In this document: positions 1 to 9,305 of the stretch, piece by piece
How positions within the stretch are numbered: the stretch's first letter is position 1
Layout: each line of letters opens with the position of its first letter
Source: Bdellovibrionota bacterium
GTDB taxonomy: Bacteria > Bdellovibrionota_C > UBA2361 > JBIKUX01
Assembly: GCA_044347345.1 (NCBI GenBank)
Contig: JBIKUX010000004.1
Span: 51,110-115,109 of the forward strand
Length of the DNA stretch: 64,000 nt
Reading direction: 5' to 3'
Notes under the pieces: generated by a model
Seen by the model: the letters and a program-made list of their open reading frames with translations, nothing else
What the model was told of the DNA's origin: nothing
The model's database searches: none
Made by a program: the position numbers and the translations under genes

Positions 1-551
1 GTAGAGGATAGTTTACTGAAATACTGTGATTCGCCTGGTGGCACAAATATCATTAGTGGAGATACGTTAATCAGTTTGCCTACTGTGTCTTTGATGGAAG
101 TACATAGCACTTTTCGTTGCTTGGTAGGAAGTGTGCCAATTATTGATTCGCATAGATTCAGTGAGTAATTGATCATATTTGATGATAATTCTTCGATGTA
201 ATCCAAGAGGCTATTGTTTATTTGTTGGTAAATAATTTGTTGTATGTTTCTCCACTCATGTTCTCTTTCTTGCCTAAAAGCTTCGAAAATACGGTGTTGA
301 CGTGCTCGGAGGGCTTTTATTTTTTTTGCAGCATCTTTTCTTGAAATCAGTGTCTTATCGTGACAATTTTCATTAATCGTAGCACAAGAGGAGTCTTTAT
401 TTTTTAAGATAAGCTTTAGATTACCAAAAGTAGCGTTGGTATCTGAGTCTCGATTGTGTACTAGCAACTGCAATGATTTTTGCTCTGATGCTGTTTTATC
501 TCGTGATTCGTGGGATTGTTCGCTTTGGATTATCCAACTTTCTTGAAGCAT
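1..551 (-). CDS. ORF running off the left edge; helical protein, possibly FliH/SctL (T3SS/flagellar stator)-like
   Basis: Own translation from ATG at 551 stays open to position 1 (MLQESWIIQ...EELSSNMINYSLNLCESIIGTLP...LMIFVPPGE); coiled region then an 'IIG...I.V.P' pattern reminiscent of FliH/SctL. Confidence 0.4.
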   Translation of the reverse strand, partial: MLQESWIIQSEQSHESRDKTASEQKSLQLLVHNRDSDTNATFGNLKLILKNKDSSCATINENCHDKTLISRKDAAKKIKALRARQHRIFEAFRQEREHEWRNIQQIIYQQINNSLLDYIEELSSNMINYSLNLCESIIGTLPTKQRKVLCTSIKDTVGKLINVSPLMIFVPPGESQYFSKLSS

Positions 552-629
552 AGTAATTCTTAATATTTTAAACTTACTAAGTTCAGTAATCGTTACGAGA
601 ATGGGTTTGTTGCTAAAATAATAAATAAT

Positions 630-2243
630 TTAACTTAAATCTTCAGAATTTTTTTGATTTAAAATTTGTATTATTCCCTTTATTTCAGGACTTTTTAGAG
701 CAAAATTTAGAAGTATATAGATGAATGTTCCTAATATTATTTTTAGGAAAAAAAAATCCGAAAATAAAAAAGATGCCAACAAGAAGGCTACACCTGTAGA
801 AATTAAGGCTCTTATTAAACTAATTAGCATTAGCTTACCAATATTGCTTGTATCTAGCGTAATATACCTAATTATTAGAAAGATGGTGCTAGCTAGTGAT
901 CCAACTGTCGATGCAGTAGCAAGACCTACATGACCTAATGACCATGAGATCGGAAGATAGGTTTGAATAAAGCTGAGGCTATCAGCAAATAATCCTTTCA
1001 ATTCAGATTTAGGAGCACCCATTGTGATAACGGCTGTTAGCATAGAAATGCCTAGTGAAATAACCGCACTTTGAAGGGGAATGTTTAGCATTTTTCGAGC
1101 TGTAAAAGCCCTAGCTAAGAGCGAAGAGCAACTCACACTCCAAAGACTAACACTAAGTGCTTTAACAGCGCTTGCAGTAGCCATAGTTGCGTCCGGAGAA
1201 AAGGCACCTCTTTCAAACAGAGCACGAACTATTATGTTACTTTCTGATAGAAGAAATGCGGTAAAAGGAATCATCATAAAGCTCGTAGCTGATAGAGCGG
1301 CTCCTAGTTGAGATGAAGCCATATTGCGGTCTCCTTGAGCCTCTGCCCTGGAAAGAATCGGCAGTAGCACTGAGGCTAGTGATATAGAGAATACGCCGAT
1401 TGGAAGCTGAGTGATTCTATCGGCGTAATAAAGCGCTGATACAGCACCTTCGCCGACTAGTGAGGCTAAGATAGTGTTTATTAGAATTGTTAATTGATAC
1501 ACACCAGCTCCGGCAGCTGCGGGTATCATAAGACGAAGAGTTGCTCGAACCGCCGGAGACCAGATATTTGTGCCCCAAAAGGAAAAAAGTTTTATACCAA
1601 CTGTATAAAGAGCTGGAAGTTGAACCAGCACTTGAATCATACCACCAGCTAATACGCTTATTCCTAAAAAAATACATGCAGAAGAGGGAGCAGCAAAATA
1701 AAATGCCGCCACTGCACCAATTATTAAAACTATGTTCATCACTACTTGAGCCCATGCAGAGGCACCAAATACTAAATGAGCGTTAAGAGCTCCGTTAATT
1801 AGTACGACAACACTTACAAAAATAATGTAAGGAAACATAATTCTTGTAAGTGCTGTGGTGAGTGCAAACGCTTCAGGATTGACTCCAAAGCCTGGAGAAA
1901 ATATATCCACAATTTGTGGAGCGGTAATAATACCCAAGAGTGTTATAAAACCAGTTGCAAGGAGCAAAGTAGCTAGTACACTTGAAAATGCTTTCTGCGC
2001 TTGATGTGCCCCGAGTCGCAGCTGATCAGTAAATGTGGGAACAAAAGCTGATGTTAAAGCTCCTTCCGCAAATAAACTTCTCAGTAGATTAGGAATTCGG
2101 AAAGCTACGAAAAAAGCATCGGCATACCAAGATGTACCGAGCAATCTGGCTACTAAGAGATCTCTGATAAAACCAAGTAAGCGACTAAGCAGTGTTAGCA
2201 CTGAAACAATGGTCGTTCCTCTGACTAGAGATGACCTACTCAC
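630..2243 (-). CDS. murJ: Lipid II flippase MurJ (MviN)
   Basis: LSRLLGFIRD, DAFFVAFRIPNLLRSLFAEGA, YYADRITQLPIG motifs; many TM helices. Confidence 0.95.
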   Translation of the reverse strand: MSRSSLVRGTTIVSVLTLLSRLLGFIRDLLVARLLGTSWYADAFFVAFRIPNLLRSLFAEGALTSAFVPTFTDQLRLGAHQAQKAFSSVLATLLLATGFITLLGIITAPQIVDIFSPGFGVNPEAFALTTALTRIMFPYIIFVSVVVLINGALNAHLVFGASAWAQVVMNIVLIIGAVAAFYFAAPSSACIFLGISVLAGGMIQVLVQLPALYTVGIKLFSFWGTNIWSPAVRATLRLMIPAAAGAGVYQLTILINTILASLVGEGAVSALYYADRITQLPIGVFSISLASVLLPILSRAEAQGDRNMASSQLGAALSATSFMMIPFTAFLLSESNIIVRALFERGAFSPDATMATASAVKALSVSLWSVSCSSLLARAFTARKMLNIPLQSAVISLGISMLTAVITMGAPKSELKGLFADSLSFIQTYLPISWSLGHVGLATASTVGSLASTIFLIIRYITLDTSNIGKLMLISLIRALISTGVAFLLASFLFSDFFFLKIILGTFIYILLNFALKSPEIKGIIQILNQKNSEDLS

Positions 2244-2278
2244 AACTCTCCGCTATCAATTTATCTTTAGATACATAC

Positions 2279-3463
2279 TTAACGAGTCATAAAGTCTAAG
2301 GCGACTTGATAAAGATCGGAATTAAGGTTCACAGTACGAGATTTAATGTTGCCGTCTTCACCAACCATATCGTGAAGGTTTTGATAGCTCAGAGTGTCAT
2401 AGTCTCTAGTTACCATTACACCACTATATCCTTCACACAATAATCTTACTGCTCCGTATCCGAGAAAAGTGGTGTATTCAATATCGAAGGATACTGGTTC
2501 ATGACATCGAAGCTCATAACCTATATTTTTGGTATTTATTTTTATATCGATGCTTTGTTGCTGACATCTTTCTCTTAAAGCTGGTGCGATAACATCACCT
2601 ATTTCAAGCATGTTATATCTTATTCGACCTAACTCATCTCTTTGGATACTTCTTAATAGTTCACTTGAGTCAGGGTCTACTACGTCTAACACTCCCTCAG
2701 CAATAACAGCCACTCCGTATGGGCGCCCGACAGCTACTCGCTTTTTTATTGAAGATAACAAAATATCTACAATATCATCTACAGTTGGACGAGTGCCCGT
2801 GAATTCTTCAGGAATAATTGTGAGCGTGGCTCCCGAAGCGATACCGAGGCCAAGCGCGAGAAATCCCGCTTTTCGACCCATACTAGATACTATAAACCAT
2901 CTTTGAGATGTACGTGCATCAACCTTAAGCGTGTGAAGAATGTTAGTTCCTACGTAGCGAGCAGTTTCAAAACCAAAACTAGGATATTCATTAGGTAGGA
3001 TTAAGTCATTGTCGATAGTTTTCGGAACGTGAACTACTTGAATATCTGGAACAGTAGAAGATAGATGGTAGCTTACCCAGGCTGATCCTTCTCCGCCTAT
3101 AATAACGAGTTTATCAATGTTATGGTCTGCTAGAGTTTTTATAAATGTTTGTTGAGTCTTTGGTTGCGAAAGAGGGTTAAATCTTGAGGTTCCTAAAATA
3201 GACCCCCCAGTTTTATAAATGCCACCTGAAAGAGAAGATGGTGACAAGTCGATGACTGCATTGTTATCACCATTAGCAATTCCTCTAAAACCGCCCTTTA
3301 AGCCTTTAACTCTAATACCTCGAGCGTGAGCTGCGTAAACAGTAGAGCTTATTACTCCGTTTATACCGGGAGCTGGCCCACCACTTACAACTATACCGAT
3401 AGCGCCAGAACTTTGGTGCTTTTTAATTACATTTGTACTTTTGCTGGTGCTAGCACTGCTCAT
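2279..3463 (-). CDS. pfkA: 6-phosphofructokinase (PfkA family; GGEG + PKTIDND, probably ATP-dependent)
   Basis: SGGPAPGIN, GGSILGTSR, GGEGS, PKTIDNDL, MGRKAG, GYELRC motifs. Confidence 0.9.
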   Translation of the reverse strand: MSSASTSKSTNVIKKHQSSGAIGIVVSGGPAPGINGVISSTVYAAHARGIRVKGLKGGFRGIANGDNNAVIDLSPSSLSGGIYKTGGSILGTSRFNPLSQPKTQQTFIKTLADHNIDKLVIIGGEGSAWVSYHLSSTVPDIQVVHVPKTIDNDLILPNEYPSFGFETARYVGTNILHTLKVDARTSQRWFIVSSMGRKAGFLALGLGIASGATLTIIPEEFTGTRPTVDDIVDILLSSIKKRVAVGRPYGVAVIAEGVLDVVDPDSSELLRSIQRDELGRIRYNMLEIGDVIAPALRERCQQQSIDIKINTKNIGYELRCHEPVSFDIEYTTFLGYGAVRLLCEGYSGVMVTRDYDTLSYQNLHDMVGEDGNIKSRTVNLNSDLYQVALDFMTR

Positions 3464-3620
3464 TGTATGCTCACCATAATAACGTGTTTTCTTACAGTCT
3501 GGAACTTAGCACAAAATTATGATGAGCTGGAAGAAGTTACTATGCTACGAGCTTAATTAGTACTTAGTTGTTGGTAGGTAAAGAAGCTCTTAGTTATATA
3601 AATCGGCTAAGTTAAGTCTA

Positions 3621-4523
3621 CTAGTTGTTATTACTTGTCGTGCGTAACCACAGTTCGCTATTTTTAGATGCTGTAATAACTTCTGTCCCTTTTAACACAC
3701 CAATTCGTATCAAAGTCTCATTATTTTTCTCTTGAGCTTGGATTAGCTCAAGTCCATCAAATTCTGAAGGGGGGTAATACGGATGTCCGAGCTCAGTTGA
3801 TATCAGATTTGTATTGGGTAGTTTGAGTACAAAATTAGTTTCATCCTCTCTGGTTAGTGAAAAATTCGGAAGTTCCGTAAATTTAAGTTTAATCGCTTTA
3901 ATTCCTGATGGATTTAGTTTTACAAATTCGAGTGATTCAAGAGTTGCTAAATTCGTAGCTGGAATATCTGTATTGGGTATAACTTTTTCTTTGGGAGAGG
4001 TGTTTGGGATTAGTGCGCGCATTGATACCGAGGCGCGTATATCGTCGTTTATTTTATCAGCAGGTGTATTTTTTGCTAAAATCTTGGTGGGTAGATTATC
4101 TTTACCGTTAAACGATAAAGCTAACACGCCAGAGGATTCATGTTTTTCTACCTTAGGTTTTGCATATCCATTGAGATCAAATACTATCCTTAATTTATCG
4201 GCGTGAGATGATATTCTAATTTTTGAGAAAGGTGACGTATTTGGTCCGTCGATAACTTCGTGCCAGCCTTGCAATTTGGTGCTTGGAATATCAACGACTA
4301 GCCTGTTTGGACTAGAGAGAGTAAAACTTTTTAAAGTTTCAGCAAATGGGCTTTCAAAAGAGATAGCTGGGGTCATTTGCTGCGAAAATGAAATGGTCAA
4401 TTTACCATTCTTATGTGTGCGAGTAATCTGTTGGGTGTCATCGGCATAGGTAGATTTTGATTCTACCAAAATAACCGAGGCTAAAGTTAAAGCTGCTAAG
4501 CGAGAAAATACTTTTCTTCTCAT
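3621..4523 (-). CDS. Secreted AMIN-domain protein
   Basis: Signal peptide; FTLSSPNRLVVDIP...KIRIS...LRIVFDL AMIN pattern; second beta-rich domain at the C-terminus. Confidence 0.7.
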   Translation of the reverse strand: MRRKVFSRLAALTLASVILVESKSTYADDTQQITRTHKNGKLTISFSQQMTPAISFESPFAETLKSFTLSSPNRLVVDIPSTKLQGWHEVIDGPNTSPFSKIRISSHADKLRIVFDLNGYAKPKVEKHESSGVLALSFNGKDNLPTKILAKNTPADKINDDIRASVSMRALIPNTSPKEKVIPNTDIPATNLATLESLEFVKLNPSGIKAIKLKFTELPNFSLTREDETNFVLKLPNTNLISTELGHPYYPPSEFDGLELIQAQEKNNETLIRIGVLKGTEVITASKNSELWLRTTSNNN

Positions 4524-4625
4524 ACGATCCCTTCCTTAAGGTAGCTTAAATTCCTCACACCTTAATTACTTGGATTACATCAACTAGGGTTTTCGATGCA
4601 GATAAATGAGTAATCTGATATTTTG

Positions 4626-6536
4626 TTAGATATTTCGTGGTAGCAGGCTGAGAATTATATTTGCATCGTCAGTTAATTTGTCCAGTAAGCTTGTCCCTAT
4701 TTGTTGAATAGCCTGTTTTTGCGCTAGGGTTTTAGTCTCAACTGGAATATCGATATCAACAACGCGGTTATAGGCATCTCGTTCTAAATCTACGGTTGTT
4801 CTTAGATGCTTTATAGCCACATCTAACCGAGCCTGTATGGCATCTATCGAGCCAATTTCGGCATTTACCCGGTCGTACATTTGAGAGAGCTTGCTTAAAG
4901 CTTGTTGACTAGATGATGGTGAAAGAAGATTTGGGTATCTAGTGTCTCCGGGCGAAAGAAAGGCATTACTACCAGTAACTATATCTAAAAAGCCGTCTCC
5001 ATTTATATCTCCCACAGAAATTCCGTAGCCGTTATTACTCGATGGTCCAACTGTAAAGGGAGCTTTAAAAGTGCCGTCGCCATTTCCATATGAAAGAGAA
5101 GCAAAGTTATCTACACCTACAGATGAGGTAGTGAGTAAATCTACCTTACCGTCTCCATTAAGGTCAGCTATTTCAATATCTCTTGTGTAGGGCGCGTGAG
5201 GAGTGCCAGCGAGTACTGAAGTACTTATAGTCACAGAGGGGTTGGGAATAGAAGAACCATTACCAAAGCTAATTCCAGCTTGTCCGTAATTAGTTTGGTC
5301 GTATATTACTATGCGGTCGAGAAAGGTATCTTGGTTTAAATATCCCACATTTGAGCCTCGTCTGTTACCATTTTCAGCAATAAAATCACCAGTGGTGAAA
5401 GTTCTGTTACCGTTATTATAAAATTGTCTTGCGCCGTACCCTTGATTAGCGTCGGTTAGGATTAAATCTAACCGTCCGTCACCATTTATATCTCCTATAT
5501 CAATATCGGGAATTTCTACGCCCCAAGTTATCACAGTAGAACTGGCAAATCCTCCTTGCCCGTTCCCCCAAAATATTTGGGCATTACCTTGCCTTCCTCC
5601 TATTGCAATATCAAGATTTCCATCAGCATCAATATCAGCTACATAAGGTTGACTCTCTCGGTTTACAGTAACTACGTTAGGAAGTGAGAAAAATGATTGT
5701 GGCATTGGAAAAGTGCCGTCTCCATTGTTTAAAAGAACCTCAACTGTATTCTGAAGAGAGGCCATTACAAGATCGGGTAAGCCATCTTTATTAAAATCTC
5801 CTGAACTAGTGCCTCCGTAGTTCTTGCCGTTGCTATAGTCAGGAATTTCTTGTTCAGTCTTAAAGGTGCCATCACCGTTTCCTAATCTTAGGCTTGCTCT
5901 GTCGGCTGTTGTAACTGCGTCTAAGTAACCATCTGCGTTAAAATCATCGAGGGTAACCTGCCCATTTAGTCGGCCATCAGTAAAAGTCTGAGATAGAACC
6001 CACCCACCATTTGGTGCTTCAACGGTTTCAATTGGTCGATTTAATTCTTTACCAATGCCTATGGGAATAATGGCATGTTGTCCTATGCCAGCTTGTAATG
6101 TTGTGCTCGTAAATGAGCCGTCTAAAAGCTTTAGACCATTATATGAAGTTTCTTCAACTATACGATTATATTCATCTGTTAAGCTTTTAGCTTCTTCATT
6201 AAATGCTTGCCTCTGAGCTAAAGAGTAAGTTCCGTTTGCACTTTGCTGTGCTAGCTCCATTTGTCGTGTAACTATATTTGCAAGTGATTCTAAGGCACTT
6301 TTTGCTACCGTTACAGCGCTTATACCTTCATTTAGGTTTTGTACGCCTTTATAATTAATTGATTTTCGACCATTTAGAGATTCTGACAGTATAAGGCCGG
6401 CAGCATCATCTTTCCCTGAGTTAATTCTACGGCCTGAAGCTAGTTTTTTGTAAGTTTCTGATAGTTCATTAGATGTCCTATTCAAATTAGCTTGAATAAG
6501 ATTACTTAAAGAAGTACTCCCTATCTTCATTACCAC
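4626..6536 (-). CDS. Flagellin with FG-GAP/VCBS repeat (beta-propeller) insert
   Basis: Flagellin N-domain (LASGRRINSGKDDAAGL, ELAQQSANGTYS, YNGLKLLDG); seven DxNxDGxxD-type repeats; flagellin C-domain (AIQARL...QQIGTSLL...ILSLL); start GTG 6536 or ATG 6530. Confidence 0.9.
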   Translation of the reverse strand: MVMKIGSTSLSNLIQANLNRTSNELSETYKKLASGRRINSGKDDAAGLILSESLNGRKSINYKGVQNLNEGISAVTVAKSALESLANIVTRQMELAQQSANGTYSLAQRQAFNEEAKSLTDEYNRIVEETSYNGLKLLDGSFTSTTLQAGIGQHAIIPIGIGKELNRPIETVEAPNGGWVLSQTFTDGRLNGQVTLDDFNADGYLDAVTTADRASLRLGNGDGTFKTEQEIPDYSNGKNYGGTSSGDFNKDGLPDLVMASLQNTVEVLLNNGDGTFPMPQSFFSLPNVVTVNRESQPYVADIDADGNLDIAIGGRQGNAQIFWGNGQGGFASSTVITWGVEIPDIDIGDINGDGRLDLILTDANQGYGARQFYNNGNRTFTTGDFIAENGNRRGSNVGYLNQDTFLDRIVIYDQTNYGQAGISFGNGSSIPNPSVTISTSVLAGTPHAPYTRDIEIADLNGDGKVDLLTTSSVGVDNFASLSYGNGDGTFKAPFTVGPSSNNGYGISVGDINGDGFLDIVTGSNAFLSPGDTRYPNLLSPSSSQQALSKLSQMYDRVNAEIGSIDAIQARLDVAIKHLRTTVDLERDAYNRVVDIDIPVETKTLAQKQAIQQIGTSLLDKLTDDANIILSLLPRNI

Positions 6537-6670
6537 GATAAATAAAATTAGAAATAATACTTACTAAATCGAGCAGTCGCCCAGTTGGATAAGATACTTT
6601 AGGGATATAACTATAAAAATTTTAAAAAAATTTATTTAGCTCAGAAAGTAATTACTGACTATTAGGTAAG

Positions 6671-7435
6671 CTAAAGGGGAACATAATCATTTTGGGTGTA
6701 TCCATTAGATGAATTAGCAGATTGAAGGAGGCTTTGGCGACGAGCGGCTATTTCTTTTGTTTCCTCATGTGCTTCCATCAATTTTTTTTCAAAAACTACT
6801 AGAGCCGCCGAATATGGACTGGTCAAAATAAAGTGGCGATTTTTTCGCTTTTTGTTATCACGAAAAGTAATATGCAGTTTTCTGTTGTTGGAATAACTTG
6901 ATTCACCTGACGGAGATTCACCGTAAACGTTTAATTTATCGTCTAAAATCTTTCCTAGTTCTAAGTTTGCACCGTTAAGACCTTCAGAAAGCATGATGAT
7001 AGCATCGTTTAGTAGCGCTACCCATACCGCCGCTTCTCTTACTTCACCTACAACATTTTCAAATGATGGCATATTATCTTGTGATGTATCTTCAATGCGT
7101 AAGTGTCCTCGAAATAGTAGTAAGACCGTTAAGTCTTTTGAGTTTGCCGAAAGAGCAAAGCGACGTGCCGCAGATCGTGCGGCAAGATATTCGAGAATAG
7201 TTTTCGGTCGAAGATGCCGAAACCGACGGCTAGAGGCAGATTGAAATACAAATGGGGAGATAATGAGGGAAAACCAGATAAATTTAGCTAGCTCTAGTCC
7301 AATAGCTACTGTGCCGGTAGTTAAAATGAAGAATGCAACCCATACAATACCGTTAGAGTGCGACTTAGCTAAAATCTCAAGCTTTTCTTCAGGTGGGATG
7401 CGTCGCCAAACTTCTTCTGGGTTTAGAAGTTCCAT
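6671..7435 (-). CDS. Hypothetical membrane protein (two N-proximal TM helices, soluble C-domain)
   Basis: 254-aa ORF; hydrophobic segments GIVWVAFFILTTGTVAIGL and FIWFSLIISPFVF. Confidence 0.7.
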   Translation of the reverse strand: MELLNPEEVWRRIPPEEKLEILAKSHSNGIVWVAFFILTTGTVAIGLELAKFIWFSLIISPFVFQSASSRRFRHLRPKTILEYLAARSAARRFALSANSKDLTVLLLFRGHLRIEDTSQDNMPSFENVVGEVREAAVWVALLNDAIIMLSEGLNGANLELGKILDDKLNVYGESPSGESSYSNNRKLHITFRDNKKRKNRHFILTSPYSAALVVFEKKLMEAHEETKEIAARRQSLLQSANSSNGYTQNDYVPL

Positions 7436-7512
7436 AGGTATGATGTTTGGTTTAAGCCATCAGAGTTTGAATATTAGATTCCTTTAGGAATCATAGTCTC
7501 GTTTATCTCATT

Positions 7513-7528
7513 TGCATAACTCGAGCCA
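7513..7528 (-). promoter_or_regulatory. Putative sigma54 -24/-12 promoter
   Basis: Minus strand TGGCTCGAGTTATGCA vs consensus TGGCACGNNNNTTGCW; exact GG-N10-GC spacing. Confidence 0.5.
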
Positions 7529-7534
7529 AAGAGG

Positions 7535-7561
7535 TTAACGGCATTTTTTTTAGCAACCTTA
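7535..7561 (-). promoter_or_regulatory. Putative sigma28 (FliA) promoter
   Basis: Minus strand TAAG-N15-GCCGTTAA vs consensus TAAA-N15-GCCGATAA. Confidence 0.65.
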
Positions 7562-7654
7562 GGATTTATCACACGATTATCCAAAACAAATTATTTAAGG
7601 GGAAGGATTGTCCTATTACGTTGGGCGATCTCGGGTGATATTAAGTGGTAAAAA

Positions 7655-9244
7655 ATGCTCGCAAAGGTTCAATCAGCAGTTCTTTCAGGTATTGAAGCTA
7701 CGATAGTACAAGTTGAGGTGGAGTTAAGAAAAGGGCCTAGAAAGTTTGTAATTATCGGTATGGGCGATAGTGCTGTTCAGGAATCGCGGGAGAGAATTAT
7801 GGCCTCTTTAAGGTCTCTTCCTATCGAGCTGCCCGATCAAATTACGGTAAATTTAGCTCCTGCATCAGTCCGTAAAGTGGGGACTTGCCTCGAGCTTTCG
7901 ATTGCAATTGGCGTTCTAGCTGCGATGGGAGATATCCCACTTGATACACTTCACCAAACTTTTTTTCTCGGTGAGTTATCTCTTGATGGTACATTGAAAG
8001 CTATACCTCAACATCTGGCTCTTCTTCTGTCGATTTTACAGCAAGAGCCTTCCTGCATACTTACGCCTCATATACCTCTTCCTGAATCCTTACATTGTAA
8101 TCAAACTTTTGTGGCAGGGGTAAACTCTATCGAGCATGCTAGGTCGGTGCTCAGGGGGGAGGCTTCACTAGAGTGGGGAGGTCTGCCGTATAGTGATGAT
8201 AGTGTAAATGAAGAGCTTTTGCTTGATGAAGTAGCGGGACTGCATTTTGCAAAAAGAGCTCTTGAAATCGCATTAGCCGGAGGGCATAACATCCTACTCA
8301 GTGGTCCTCCTGGATGCGGAAAGTCGATGCTTCTTCGAAGGGCACAATTTCTCGCTCCACCCTTATCTACTAGTGAAGTACTTGAAGTAGCGCAAATATA
8401 CTCGTTAGCTGGAGCTTCATTAAAAGGAGTATTGCAAGGTCGAGCACCTTTTCGCTCTCCTCATCATAGTGTAAGTAGAGCGGCGCTTGCCGGCAGTAGC
8501 GCTCGTGGTATTCCTCATCCAGGAGAATTTTCGCTTTCTCATCGCGGCATTTTATTTTTAGATGAAATGCCAGAATTTTCGCGAGGATCCTTAGAGGCTT
8601 TAAGGGGGCCTCTTGAAGAGGGCGTAGTTAGTATCGCTCGCGCAGGTGGGGAGCAATCATTTCCAGCTCAATTCCAGCTTTTAGCGGCGATGAATCCATG
8701 CCCATGTGGGACGAATGCCGGAGAAAATGCAAAATCATCTTCTGATTATAACCAAAGTTATAACTGTCGATGTTCAGCTTCATCTATTTTGCGCTATCAA
8801 GAGCGAATCTCTCAGCCACTCCGTGAGCGATTTGATATAAGGTGCGTTATATCTTCAAAGGTTGATGCAAAAAATCGTATAATGCCACTTTTATCAAGTG
8901 ATATAACTGACTGTGCTGGACTCCGTTCACTTGCTCGGCCTGTTTCAAGAAAAGAGCACGATGAAACATTTGAACGAATAAAAAGAGGAAGAAACCGTAT
9001 GCTTGATCGTCAAGGACGATTAAACCGATGGCTCAGTAATAATGACCTCGTCCAGGTTATTCAATTAAAAGATAGTGATCAATCTTATTTGACTGAGGCT
9101 GCTAATAAAGCACGTCTTTCGATGAGAAGTATTACGAAATTGCTTAGGGTAGCTCGTACGATTGCTGATATTGATGATGTAGAGCAAGTTACAAAGGATG
9201 AATTACAAGAGGCATTATTATACCAACAAGCTACTATGACCTAA
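7655..9244 (+). CDS. comM: ComM/YifB Mg-chelatase-like AAA+ ATPase
   Basis: ITVNLAPA, GELSLDG, GPPGCGKSM, PFRSPHH, LFLDEMPEF, AAMNPCPCG motifs. Confidence 0.92.
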   Translation: MLAKVQSAVLSGIEATIVQVEVELRKGPRKFVIIGMGDSAVQESRERIMASLRSLPIELPDQITVNLAPASVRKVGTCLELSIAIGVLAAMGDIPLDTLHQTFFLGELSLDGTLKAIPQHLALLLSILQQEPSCILTPHIPLPESLHCNQTFVAGVNSIEHARSVLRGEASLEWGGLPYSDDSVNEELLLDEVAGLHFAKRALEIALAGGHNILLSGPPGCGKSMLLRRAQFLAPPLSTSEVLEVAQIYSLAGASLKGVLQGRAPFRSPHHSVSRAALAGSSARGIPHPGEFSLSHRGILFLDEMPEFSRGSLEALRGPLEEGVVSIARAGGEQSFPAQFQLLAAMNPCPCGTNAGENAKSSSDYNQSYNCRCSASSILRYQERISQPLRERFDIRCVISSKVDAKNRIMPLLSSDITDCAGLRSLARPVSRKEHDETFERIKRGRNRMLDRQGRLNRWLSNNDLVQVIQLKDSDQSYLTEAANKARLSMRSITKLLRVARTIADIDDVEQVTKDELQEALLYQQATMT

Positions 9245-9305
9245 TTCCAGAACGGTCTAATTTTAATTTGTTTAAATCGAGAAGGTTATTTATCTTTTCA
9301 AGTAA

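Noticed and set aside
2279-3463. GGEG motif in PFK as a novelty
   Set aside because: GGEG with PKTIDND is known in ATP-dependent PfkA-family enzymes
6570-6605. sigma28 promoter directly upstream of the flagellin (TAAA..GGCGACTG)
   Set aside because: Only half of the -10 box matches and the spacing is off by one
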